From Candidatus Uhrbacteria bacterium (GTDB lineage Bacteria; Patescibacteriota; Patescibacteriia; UBA9934; GWF2-40-263): 64,000 nucleotides of DNA. Of this stretch, positions 10,388 through 18,884 are shown piece by piece. The notes under the pieces are model-generated. The model saw only the letters and a list, made by a program, of their open reading frames with translations. It was not told where the DNA came from and searched no databases. Position 1 is the stretch's first letter, and each line of letters opens with the position of its first letter. The stretch is taken from positions 71-64,070 of the forward strand of contig JAZDHJ010000059.1 of assembly GCA_043805995.1 (NCBI GenBank). The letters are read 5' to 3'. The translations under genes and the position numbers were made by a program.

Positions 10388-11584
10388 TTACTCCTCCTTA
10401 TACTCCTCAAGCGTCACCAACAATTCCAACGTCTCCTCGCCGCGCAAGACGGTCAGTTTCAAAACGTCGCCAGACAAATGTTCACGAACGACTTTTGATA
10501 AAGAATTTTCTTCGGTTAAAATTTCACCGTCAACTTTTGTCACAACGTCACCGGTTTTCAAACCAGCTTTATCGGCCGGGCCATCTTTAACAATTGCTTC
10601 ATCGCCCTCATCAGCCGAAATCAAAGCTCCAACTTCAACCGGCAAACTTTCCGCCTCGGCGTATTCTTTATTGATCATAAGAAAACGCACACCGAGCCAA
10701 GGCCGAATAATTCGCCCGTCTTTTTTGACACTCTCGATGGCCTGCTTAATCTCATTAACCGGAATGGCAAAACCCAAACCCTGACCGTCAGAACTAACAG
10801 CTGTATTCATACCAATAACCTCACCTAACAAATTGATAAGCGGACCACCGGAATTTCCTAAATTAATAGCGGCGTCAGTTTGAATAGCGCCTTCAATAAC
10901 TTCACCACCGCTCAAATTATCATAAGTTTCCAGACGACGATTAACGCCCGAAATTACGCCTTTGGTAACGGTGTTTTGATATTGAGAAAGAGCATTGCCA
11001 ATAGCAATAACTGTTTGTCCAACTTCCAAATTGTCGGCGTCACCAAAAACCACCGTTGGAAAATTAGCCCCTTCGATTTTTAAAATCGCAATATCAAAAA
11101 ACGGATCAATATCAACAACTTTTGCTTCGTATTCTTTATCATCAAGAGTTACCACGGTAAAGAAAGCGTCTTCCTCTTCTACCACATGACGATTGGTTAC
11201 GACATAACCATCACTCGTAACAAAAAAACCAGTCCCGGCCCCGACCTCGACAAGCTTATCTGGATCTTCAATTTTTGGTTCAACTGGAGCCTCTTGGCCA
11301 AAAAAGAAGAGATTCATGGAATTGGTTTGAACGTCCTTAGCTTTCTTTTTTATAACGATGCTCACCACAGCCGGCGTGACTCGATCAACCACACTAATGG
11401 CCGAAGATTCTTCCTCGATCATTTGGATAATATTTTTATCAACTTGATCTGAGACAGAAAACAATCTACCTGATAAAGAAAAATATTGATTGGCCAAAAA
11501 ACCGCCAAGCACACCGAATGAGGTGGAGATGAGGACGGTAATGGCTAGTAAAACTATGAGGGTTGTAGATTGTTTGTTTTCCAT
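10388..11584 (-). CDS. htrA: HtrA/DegP-family serine protease with C-terminal PDZ domain
   Basis: GTGFFVTSDGYVVTNRHVV (His), GNSGGPLIN (Ser) catalytic motifs; PDZ-like C-terminus; N-terminal TM/signal. Start chosen at MENKQSTT, since the upstream extension of the track ORF overlaps a repeat. Confidence 0.9.
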   Translation of the reverse strand: MENKQSTTLIVLLAITVLISTSFGVLGGFLANQYFSLSGRLFSVSDQVDKNIIQMIEEESSAISVVDRVTPAVVSIVIKKKAKDVQTNSMNLFFFGQEAPVEPKIEDPDKLVEVGAGTGFFVTSDGYVVTNRHVVEEEDAFFTVVTLDDKEYEAKVVDIDPFFDIAILKIEGANFPTVVFGDADNLEVGQTVIAIGNALSQYQNTVTKGVISGVNRRLETYDNLSGGEVIEGAIQTDAAINLGNSGGPLINLLGEVIGMNTAVSSDGQGLGFAIPVNEIKQAIESVKKDGRIIRPWLGVRFLMINKEYAEAESLPVEVGALISADEGDEAIVKDGPADKAGLKTGDVVTKVDGEILTEENSLSKVVREHLSGDVLKLTVLRGEETLELLVTLEEYKEE

Positions 11585-11591
11585 ATGGTAG

Positions 11592-11733
11592 GGGTTACGA
11601 ATCACGAATTTTGACACGAATCTACGAATCAACGAAATTGGTTTTTATTTTCAAAACAACATTCGTTGATTCGCCGTGCCCATCCGTAGCTCGTCACGAG
11701 CGAAGGTGGGTGACACAATTCGTTATTCGTAAC
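11592..11733. mobile_element. Degenerate third copy of the GGGGTGCGAATAACGAAT-TIR MITE
   Basis: Left end GGGGTTACGAATCACGAAT and internal ATTCGTTATTCGTAAC resemble the TIRs of the copies at 18647-18879 and 36235-36431; it contains a CCTTCGC-family unit. Confidence 0.4.
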
Positions 11734-11805
11734 TGCCAAGAAATTATACCAGAAAAAAGATTAAGAAAACAGTGGAAAAAAGATGAAAAAATTATGAAAA
11801 AAAAT

Positions 11806-11832
11806 GTAGAGACAGGGCATTACCCTGTCTCT
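11806..11832. repeat. Hairpin TAGAGACAGGGCATTACCCTGTCTCTA, the same hairpin carried inside the MITE copies
   Basis: Perfect 11-bp stem; MITE copy 2 has TAGAGACAGGGCATTGCCCTGTCTCTA and copy 1 has TAGAGACGTTGCATTGCAACGTCTCTA, which differs by compensatory changes. Confidence 0.6.
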
Positions 11833-11877
11833 ACGCCGTTTTACATTTTTTTAAATTTTTGGCTTTTTTACTTCATA

Positions 11878-11990
11878 GGACTTTCTCATTTGGCTGCAGA
11901 ACGAGGAAAAACCTGAATTTTTTGTGAGACGTATGCCTTATACGTTGAACAAAAAATTCAGGCTTTGACGAAGTTATGCGCCAAATGTGA
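11878..11990. repeat. About 105-bp nested-palindrome element, copy A, immediately downstream of the ftsZ stop; inverted relative to copy B at 13300-13405
   Basis: CCTGAATTTTTTG...CAAAAAATTCAGG outer stem and ACGTATGCCTTATACGT inner stem; its reverse complement matches 13300-13405 at roughly 85%. Confidence 0.65.
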
Positions 11991-11995
11991 AAGTC

Positions 11996-13270
11996 CTACA
12001 TCATCTTTTTCCGAATAAACGCCGGGATCTCCAATTCCTCTTCCTCGGTTGTCTGTTGCGGTTGTGGAATTGAAATTGGTCTTGGGGTTAATTTTGGTTG
12101 CGGTTGTTGCAGTGGCGGCATGTTTACATTAATTGGCCGTGATTGAGTTTGTTCGTCGATAAAACGTGGTTTCATGTTGGTTGATGGTGGTTGGAGTGAA
12201 GAGGGTTTTGTTTGATGCTTTTCTTCCTCTTCACGATCACGGCGGGAGAAAAAAGAACTGGGTGTCCAAGTGCCTTGGGATTGAACCTCTACCCCACCAC
12301 CTGGACGACGACGATCGTGATGATCAAAGCCAGTGGCGACTACAGTAACTCTAACCTCTTCATTTAAACTTTCGTCGATGTTGGCACCGAAAATAACCTT
12401 AGCATCTTCATCGGCTGAACTGGTAATAATTTTAGCGGCCTCGGCCACCTCGTGCATACCCAAATCCTTACCGCCGGTAATGGTAAACAAAATGCCTTTA
12501 GCACCATCAACCGAGAGCTCGAGGAGTGGACTGGCAATAGCCTGCTTAGCCGCCTCAACGGCTCGATTTTCACCAGTCGCTCGGCCAATACCCATAAGTG
12601 CCGAACCAGCATTTTCCATGATGGCTCTAACGTCGGCAAAGTCGACGTTAATAAGACCTGGAATAGTAATAAGTTCTGAAATACCTTGCACACCCTGACG
12701 CAAAACATCGTCGACGATATTAAAGGCATCGAGGAGCGAAGTTTTTTTATCAATAATTTGTAAAACCCGATCATTAGGAATGGTAATCACTGTATCAACA
12801 TACTGAAGAAGTTCAGCAAAACCTTCTTCGGCAATTCGACGGCGTTGGGCGCCTTCGAATGAGAATGGTTTTGTGACCACGGCTACAGTAAGAGCACCAA
12901 TATCTTTTGCTAATTTAGCAACCTCGGGAATAGCACCGGTACCGGTTCCGCCGCCCAAACCACAAGTTAAAAAAACCATGTCCGCACCATTAAGTGCATT
13001 ACGAATATCATTCTGACTTTCCTCGGCCGAACGACGACCAAGTTCCGGATTCATACCAGCTCCCAAACCGCGGGTAATACTTTTACCAATGGCAATTTTA
13101 GTTGGGGCGGGATTATTATGAAGAGCCTGAACATCAGTGTTGATAGCAATAAAATCAACACCTTTTATTTTGTCGCTGATCATGCGAATAACGGCCGCGC
13201 CACCACCGCCGCCAATACCGCAAACTTTTATTTTAGCGAAGGTTTCAATGTCCGGTTGTACTTGTGCCAT
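11996..13270 (-). CDS. ftsZ: Cell division protein FtsZ
   Basis: GGGTGTG tubulin signature, N-terminal IKVCGIGGGGGAAV; Pro/Gln-rich C-terminal linker. Start chosen at MAQVQPD. Confidence 0.95.
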   Translation of the reverse strand: MAQVQPDIETFAKIKVCGIGGGGGAAVIRMISDKIKGVDFIAINTDVQALHNNPAPTKIAIGKSITRGLGAGMNPELGRRSAEESQNDIRNALNGADMVFLTCGLGGGTGTGAIPEVAKLAKDIGALTVAVVTKPFSFEGAQRRRIAEEGFAELLQYVDTVITIPNDRVLQIIDKKTSLLDAFNIVDDVLRQGVQGISELITIPGLINVDFADVRAIMENAGSALMGIGRATGENRAVEAAKQAIASPLLELSVDGAKGILFTITGGKDLGMHEVAEAAKIITSSADEDAKVIFGANIDESLNEEVRVTVVATGFDHHDRRRPGGGVEVQSQGTWTPSSFFSRRDREEEEKHQTKPSSLQPPSTNMKPRFIDEQTQSRPINVNMPPLQQPQPKLTPRPISIPQPQQTTEEEELEIPAFIRKKMM

Positions 13271-13299
13271 ATAAATGTTGTTCCAGAACTTCCTCGTTT

Positions 13300-13405
13300 G
13301 GCGCATAACTTCGTCAAGACCTATATTTTTTCGTTCAACGTATTCGCATACGTCTCACAAAAAAATATAGGTCTTTCCTTGTTCTGCATCCAAACGAGAA
13401 AGTTC
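13300..13405. repeat. About 105-bp nested-palindrome element, copy B, immediately upstream of the ftsZ start
   Basis: CCTATATTTTTTT...AAAAAATATAGG and ACGTATGCGAATACGT; the stems differ from copy A by compensatory substitutions on both strands. Confidence 0.65.
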
Positions 13406-13690
13406 TGTGTTCAAGTGAGTTACCGATGAACACTTTTTGTCGTCATTTAAATCTCTTCAGGACTACTTTAGAGCTCAAGAGGGTCAATTGTAAAGGCAGG
13501 CCTGTGGACAAATAAACTCTTGGAAATTAATGAATTATTTAATTATTGAATTTCTGAATTATGGAGGGTTATTTATTTTAAAATATTTTTCTTCAAACAA
13601 AAAAATGGATCATCCGTAGATGATCCGAGCGTCGAGTGGTTTTGATTTCGAAGAACGAATCTGGTTCGAAGTGATTCAAGAAACTGCGAA

Positions 13691-14551
13691 TTACGCCGCT
13701 TCCTGAGTCGCCTGGAGTTCCAGGAGACGCTCAATAAGAACCAAAACTTGGGCCTGCCTCGGCAGGAGTTCCTCTTCCAGGTACCGTTCTGGCAAGATGT
13801 GTCGCACCGCCTCAACCATGGGCCAGGTGGCTTGATGGTTGTAGACAAGGCAACTGAGCAAGTCTGAATTCTTGTAGTCACCCATCTTGTCCACCGGAAT
13901 GATCGAGCATCCCTGTCCATCACCGCTGAGATACTGACGAAGATCAGCGATGGTGTGCCGGCTCAGGGTTGGTTTACCCTTTAAGGCCCAAGATGTCCTG
14001 GTTATTCCAGCGTCGGCATGGTCACAGATGACCAGCAGACCGAGCAACTTTTCACCAAGCGTTTCGGCCCGGGCGATTTGAAGACCGACCAGCCCTTGGC
14101 TGTGATTTGCAATCGCGAAGTAAACCGCCGCTTTTTCTTCTTCGTTCAGGCCAGCGATCGGCATGAGCCAGAACAGCACAGCCGAAAGTATAGCGTGATC
14201 GATGAACTTTAGATTGTTTAGATCAGTCTTGGCAGCAGCAACGGCCATATCGACATCGGTCGATTTAACCTCTGGATAAGCGAAGTCACCCAGTCGACCG
14301 AGGTCATGAAGCTCCGCAGCCAAGATGAGCAGCTCACCCAACCGCCGATCCTCAAGGAAATCAGCGAGCAGTATTGCTTCTGCCCGCACGCGACGAACAT
14401 GACGTCCCCCGTGGATGGGTTCTGTCCACCATGAACCGTCGCCTTTCGGTGATAGTTCCATGGTCGCTCTGACATACGACCACACACCCTGAAGTGTTGT
14501 TGGTAACAACGTCCCTCCCTCCTTTCTGAAAATCCAGTGGTGGAACACCAA
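13691..14551 (-). CDS. HD-domain-like hypothetical protein in a region of elevated GC
   Basis: 286 aa; AAELHDLGR motif resembling an HD phosphohydrolase; local GC is visibly higher (about 52-55%) and codon choice differs (CTG/GCC-rich) compared with the flanking ftsA and ftsZ. Confidence 0.5.
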   Translation of the reverse strand: MVFHHWIFRKEGGTLLPTTLQGVWSYVRATMELSPKGDGSWWTEPIHGGRHVRRVRAEAILLADFLEDRRLGELLILAAELHDLGRLGDFAYPEVKSTDVDMAVAAAKTDLNNLKFIDHAILSAVLFWLMPIAGLNEEEKAAVYFAIANHSQGLVGLQIARAETLGEKLLGLLVICDHADAGITRTSWALKGKPTLSRHTIADLRQYLSGDGQGCSIIPVDKMGDYKNSDLLSCLVYNHQATWPMVEAVRHILPERYLEEELLPRQAQVLVLIERLLELQATQEAA

Positions 14552-14580
14552 AGGACAAAATAAAGTAACATACTAGACGA

Positions 14581-14617
14581 AAAAAATCAATAAAAAAACA
14601 GGGCTTCTAACCCTGTT
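14581..14617 (-). terminator. Rho-independent terminator downstream of ftsA
   Basis: Stem AACAGGG/CCCTGTT with loop CTTCTAA, followed on the minus strand by a U-run (plus strand AAAAAATCAATAAAAAAA). Confidence 0.7.
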
Positions 14618-14634
14618 TCAAAACTAATTTATTT

Positions 14635-15921
14635 TTACGGCCTCAGCGACTGAAACCACTTACCAACTGTCCCGGCTACGTCTTTCAAGCCTTTAACCTT
14701 ATCGAAAATTTTTCCTAATTTTCCATCGTCAACCTGAGCGGTTAGGTGGTGACCCCAAAGGACCAAGCCGATGGCTGTGGCCATAGATGGATCGTTTACT
14801 CGTTCAACGACTGAGGTGACGCCGATTGGCGTGCCAAGCGAGGCTGGCAGACGTAAATTTTTCTTGGCCGCTTCGACCATACCGTGCATTTTGGCCCCAC
14901 CGCCGGTTAAAACCACGCCAGCTGGCAACATGCCGGAACGACCGACTTTGCGAAGTTCCTCGTCAACCTTTTCAAAAATTTCCTGAACCCGAGCCGAAGC
15001 AATATCGGCAATAAAACGCCGACCGACAATCTCTTCTTCCTCAGCCCCAAGTTCGGCCAAATTAACTTCTTCCTTTTTATTAATTTCTTCTGGGGTAGCA
15101 CTGGCATAACGCAGCTTGGCTTTTTCGGCCACCTCGATAGAAGTTCGCAGACCGATAGCAATATCGGCCGTGATATGAGCGGCACCGATCGGCAAAACTG
15201 ACGCGTACAAAACATCACCTTCTTCAAAAACAATTAAACCGGTGGTGGAAGCGCCGATATTGATGACACAGACGCCAAGTTCTTTTTGTTTATTGGTAAT
15301 GACAGCATCAGAAGTGGCGAGGATTGATAAAACCACGTCTTCGATATCAATACCGGTACGATGAATACATTTTGTAAGATTTTTGATTTGCGAGGTTTGG
15401 CCTTGAACAATTAAAGCATCCACCTCGAGTCTGATACCAGTCATGCCAACCGGGTCGTTAATTCCCCGCTGACCATCGACCGTAAAACTGCGTGGCAGGA
15501 CATGCAAAATTTCACTGTTGGCTGGCATGGCCACCGTCCGAGCGGCATCGATAGCCCGTTCCACATCGTCCTCACGAATTTCACTATCACCACGAGCAAC
15601 CCCGACCACCCCACGGCTTTCCTGACAAGAAACGTGTGTGCCATTAATACCCACCCAAACTCGACTCATTGGCAGACCTGTAAGACGTTCGGCTTGTTCG
15701 AGGGCTTTGGAAACCGAAGAAACAGCATCCTCAATATTGGTGACGCCGCCTTTATTAACACCTTCAGAGGGAACCTCAACTGCCCCGATTATGTGAATAA
15801 CCGGCTTGCCAGTGTCGAGATGATTTCCAGTCGCCATAGCTATTGGTTGACCCACAGCCACCCGCACAGCATAAGAACCAATGTCTAAGCCAACTATTAT
15901 ATCTTCATTCATATCGTTCAA
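14635..15921 (-). CDS. ftsA: Cell division protein FtsA
   Basis: 428 aa; N-terminal IVGLDIGSYAVRVAVG actin-like ATPase fold; typical FtsA length. Confidence 0.9.
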   Translation of the reverse strand: MNDMNEDIIVGLDIGSYAVRVAVGQPIAMATGNHLDTGKPVIHIIGAVEVPSEGVNKGGVTNIEDAVSSVSKALEQAERLTGLPMSRVWVGINGTHVSCQESRGVVGVARGDSEIREDDVERAIDAARTVAMPANSEILHVLPRSFTVDGQRGINDPVGMTGIRLEVDALIVQGQTSQIKNLTKCIHRTGIDIEDVVLSILATSDAVITNKQKELGVCVINIGASTTGLIVFEEGDVLYASVLPIGAAHITADIAIGLRTSIEVAEKAKLRYASATPEEINKKEEVNLAELGAEEEEIVGRRFIADIASARVQEIFEKVDEELRKVGRSGMLPAGVVLTGGGAKMHGMVEAAKKNLRLPASLGTPIGVTSVVERVNDPSMATAIGLVLWGHHLTAQVDDGKLGKIFDKVKGLKDVAGTVGKWFQSLRP

Positions 15922-15935
15922 AGTATAACGACTTT

Positions 15936-16307
15936 TCAGCCGACTAACAAGTTAAGAAAGTGGGGAAGAAAAATTATCACCCCAATTACGGCGGCAAAAA
16001 GTGAGGCAATAAGCACGGTGGCCGCCATAATATCCTTTATTTCACCAACCACTGGATGAATCCGCGGCTTAAAAGTATCCACCAGACGCTCAAAGATACT
16101 ATTGATCATCTCCAGAACCAGAACCAAAACCACGAGTAACAAAACTATAATAATCTCAAAAACCGATAAAGGAAAAATAATCAGAAAAACTCCGACGACT
16201 AGAGCGGCCAATATTTGCAGACGAAAACTCTGCTCATCTTTTATCAAAGTTTTAACCCCTCGACAGGCGTGAGAAAAACTTTTCAATAAATCTTTTACAC
16301 GAACCAT
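15936..16307 (-). CDS. dgkA: Diacylglycerol kinase / undecaprenol kinase family (DgkA)
   Basis: 123 aa, three TM helices, EMINSIFERLVD motif typical of prokaryotic DAGK. Confidence 0.75.
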   Translation of the reverse strand: MVRVKDLLKSFSHACRGVKTLIKDEQSFRLQILAALVVGVFLIIFPLSVFEIIIVLLLVVLVLVLEMINSIFERLVDTFKPRIHPVVGEIKDIMAATVLIASLFAAVIGVIIFLPHFLNLLVG

Positions 16308-16311
16308 AATT

Positions 16312-16743
16312 TTAACCGGCTTCCGGCCGTTGCCAATTTATTTTTAAATTTTTCAAAATCTTCTGCTGCAAAAGAAACATTTTTTTTGCTTCAGTTTCCT
16401 TCAAATGGTCATAACCAAACAAATGAATCAAACCATGAACCAAAAGAATAGTTATTTCCTCTTCAAGCGAATGCTGATATTCCCTGGCCTGTTTTTTGGC
16501 TTGAGACAAACAAACCAAAACCTCACCAAAAGTTTCTTCGTCAATAAATGGAAACGACAAAACATCAGTCACCTTATCCTTACCTCGATACGATTTGTTT
16601 AATCGTTTAATTACTCCGGGTGTGACAAAAGCGATTGAAACCTGTTTGTCTTTTTTCAAACGCAAACCCCGAGAAACTTCTGACAGAATCTTTTCTTGAT
16701 TTTTTTTGGACAATGGCGATTTGTTCCATTCCGCTTTCAACAT
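16312..16743 (-). CDS. ybeY: rRNA maturation endoribonuclease YbeY
   Basis: TDVLSFP and HGLIHLFGYDH metal-binding motifs. Confidence 0.9.
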   Translation of the reverse strand: MLKAEWNKSPLSKKNQEKILSEVSRGLRLKKDKQVSIAFVTPGVIKRLNKSYRGKDKVTDVLSFPFIDEETFGEVLVCLSQAKKQAREYQHSLEEEITILLVHGLIHLFGYDHLKETEAKKMFLLQQKILKNLKINWQRPEAG

Positions 16744-16744
16744 A

Positions 16745-17785
16745 CTACTGAACCAAAACCAAACTATTTATCATCATTTCAAAAGTCGCCAGATAATCAA
16801 CCGTGGCTTTAACGGTATTTGAATAACTCATAATCACAACTCGACTACCAGCCTCGATGTAAACTGTCATTTGATCTTCAGTTACCAACATTTGATAACC
16901 GTTTTTAGTTTTTGATTCACTAATTTTTATATTTGAGGTCGGATTAGCATTACTAAACCAGGCAGCTAAAGGAATGGCCGCGTCTTTTTCTTCCAAACTC
17001 AAAATTACACTTTCACCGCTCGGCACAACAAAAACCATATTATTTAATTTTTCAGGCTCAGTTTTTGCTGTCCAAATTGTAGGATAATAAAGTGAGTAGA
17101 GATTCTCAACAGAATATTTTGTGACCAGGGCAGTATCGCTCAACTTGGCCGGTGAAGGCACATTTGGATCATAACCGTGAAAAACCTCATTACCGTCAAG
17201 AAAACCATCACTATCAGTGTCTGGTTTTTTAGAACTGGTGCGATAAAAAATTTCTTCGGCATCAGTCAAACCATCACTGTCAGTATCACGACCGGGTTGA
17301 GAGTTATTTGGAAAAGGCGAAGTAGTTGTTCCGCCTGTAGTCACCGGTGGAGTTTCCACTACAACCGGCGGGGTTTCTGTAATTGTCACCGGTGGAGCGG
17401 TATTGACCGGTTTGTTGGTAGTAATGGTTTGATTATTTTTAACCGGCTGAAGTGAATAAAAAACATAAATACCAGCCGAACTTAAAACCATCAAGAGAAC
17501 CACGCCGGCAATAATGATCAGCTTAGTGGTTTTGGCCAGGCCTTTCTTTTTCAAAATCGAAACCGGTTTTACTGGCGGTGGCGGTGGAACCGGTTTAACC
17601 GGAACCGGAGCCGCCGATTGAGTAGCGGCCGGCTTAATTACCGGCGGATTCACCCTAGCCGCCAAACCGCGAAAACTTTCAGGCATAGCAAAAATTTGCG
17701 GCTCGCTTTGAGACGGTTTTGCCCCTGGCGGAGTTTCTAATTTTGGTAATTGAACGTCGGGCATATTTGTTGGCTGAAATTTCAA
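16745..17785 (-). CDS. Membrane protein: Pro-rich cytoplasmic N-terminus, one TM helix, extracellular thrombospondin-type-3-like Ca-binding repeats, plus a C-terminal domain
   Basis: DTDSDGLTDAEE and DTDSDGFLDGNEVFHGYDPNVP motifs; TM segment LIIIAGVVLLMVLSSAGIYVF; stop abuts the ybeY start. Confidence 0.6.
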   Translation of the reverse strand: MKFQPTNMPDVQLPKLETPPGAKPSQSEPQIFAMPESFRGLAARVNPPVIKPAATQSAAPVPVKPVPPPPPVKPVSILKKKGLAKTTKLIIIAGVVLLMVLSSAGIYVFYSLQPVKNNQTITTNKPVNTAPPVTITETPPVVVETPPVTTGGTTTSPFPNNSQPGRDTDSDGLTDAEEIFYRTSSKKPDTDSDGFLDGNEVFHGYDPNVPSPAKLSDTALVTKYSVENLYSLYYPTIWTAKTEPEKLNNMVFVVPSGESVILSLEEKDAAIPLAAWFSNANPTSNIKISESKTKNGYQMLVTEDQMTVYIEAGSRVVIMSYSNTVKATVDYLATFEMMINSLVLVQ

Positions 17786-17884
17786 ATGACAAATTATTGA
17801 ATGTCAAATGATGGATTTTTATTTTTCTAAAAAATTAAGCTTCCTTCATTAGACATTTGACATTCGATCAATTTGAAATTTCCA

Positions 17885-18541
17885 TTATTCCCCTTCAGTA
17901 ACCGGCAACTCAAACAATTTGCCGGCGCCGTTTGGATTGTAGCCGCTTTTAACTTCATCGCCATCTTTATAACTATCACCGTCAGTATCCGGCGACAGAG
18001 GATTAGTGTGATAGACTTCAACTTCTTCGCGGTCAAACAAACCATCGTCATCAGTATCAGTTGAGGTTGGGCTGGTTCCAAGTTCAGCTTCACGAGTGTC
18101 GGTTAGACCATCTTTATCAGTATCAACCTCAACCACCGGTTCGACTACCGGCGTCTGAACCTCGGTTTTGACAGGAGGAGTTGTTGGGATAGTTTCGGTT
18201 TTTACTTGAGTGTTCGCAGTATTGGCAAGATTGTTAACACTTTCAGTAACCGGTTTAGAACTCGAGAGAATGTATCTGGACAACATGGCTCCGGCGGCAA
18301 TAACCACGATCGCCCCAAGAGCAATCAAAACAATCGGTTTCCAAGCAATGGTTTTAGCCGGTTTCACTTCGCTACCAACCGACGGCATACCAGGCGGAGT
18401 TGCAATGTTTGATGGTGGTGGTTGAATAGGTGGAACAGTTGGGCCAGTTGAGGGTACGGGATTACGAAAAGGTGGTGGTACAGGCGATTGATCAACTGAG
18501 GCAAAAATATCTTCGGGTGGTTTTTTTAGTTCGTCGAACAT
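17885..18541 (-). CDS. Membrane protein with C-terminal TSP3-like repeats; paralog of 16745-17785 and 18885-19772
   Basis: DTDKDGLTDTRE, DTDDDGLFDREE, DTDGDSYKDGDEVKSGYNPNGAGKL. Start set at MFDELKK, because the 20 upstream codons of the track ORF (MAGPRQNPMPAGN...) are a translation of the cruciform repeat. Confidence 0.6.
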   Translation of the reverse strand: MFDELKKPPEDIFASVDQSPVPPPFRNPVPSTGPTVPPIQPPPSNIATPPGMPSVGSEVKPAKTIAWKPIVLIALGAIVVIAAGAMLSRYILSSSKPVTESVNNLANTANTQVKTETIPTTPPVKTEVQTPVVEPVVEVDTDKDGLTDTREAELGTSPTSTDTDDDGLFDREEVEVYHTNPLSPDTDGDSYKDGDEVKSGYNPNGAGKLFELPVTEGE

Positions 18542-18565
18542 ATGGGTTGAAATTTCTAAATTATT

Positions 18566-18618
18566 CCCCGCCGGCATAGGATTTTGGCGGGGTCCCGCCA
18601 AAGGCCTCCGCCGGCGGG
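18566..18618. promoter_or_regulatory. Nested cruciform element CCCGCCGGCATAGGATTTTGGCGGGGTCCCGCCAAAGGCCTCCGCCGGCGGG, immediately 5' of a start codon
   Basis: Outer stem CCCGCCGGC/GCCGGCGGG and inner hairpin TTTGGCGGG-GTC-CCGCCAAA; copies at 45752-45804 and 60033-60083, partial copy at 33466-33510; flanked by AATTATTGAAT iterations. Confidence 0.45.
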
Positions 18619-18646
18619 ATAATTATTGAATTATTGAATTATTGGG

Positions 18647-18879
18647 GGGGTGCGAATAACGAATTTTGTTATCCCGCCGACGGAGGCCTTCCTCCTACGC
18701 TCGGGCTTCGGAAGGACAGGTTGGCGGGATCCCGCTCCGAGGCCTACGAGGCGGGACGAATCTACGAATCTACGAATATGAATTTTCGTCCGTAGAGACG
18801 TTGCATTGCAACGTCTCTACGATCGATCGCCGACATTCGTATATTCGTAAATTCGTAATTGATTCGTTATTCGCACCCC
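18647..18879. mobile_element. MITE copy 1 (233 bp) with 18-bp terminal inverted repeats GGGGTGCGAATAACGAAT / ATTCGTTATTCGCACCCC
   Basis: TIRs read directly; internal hairpin TAGAGACGTTGCATTGCAACGTCTCTA; carries a nested CCTTCGC-family unit that copy 2 lacks; ends 5 bp beyond the stop of the adjacent gene. Confidence 0.7.
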
Positions 18880-18884
18880 AATCT

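Noticed and set aside
13573-13923. 116-aa minus-strand ORF overlapping the 3' part of the HD-domain gene in another frame
   Set aside because: It is fully overlapped by the longer ORF that carries the HD motif, and has no independent support.
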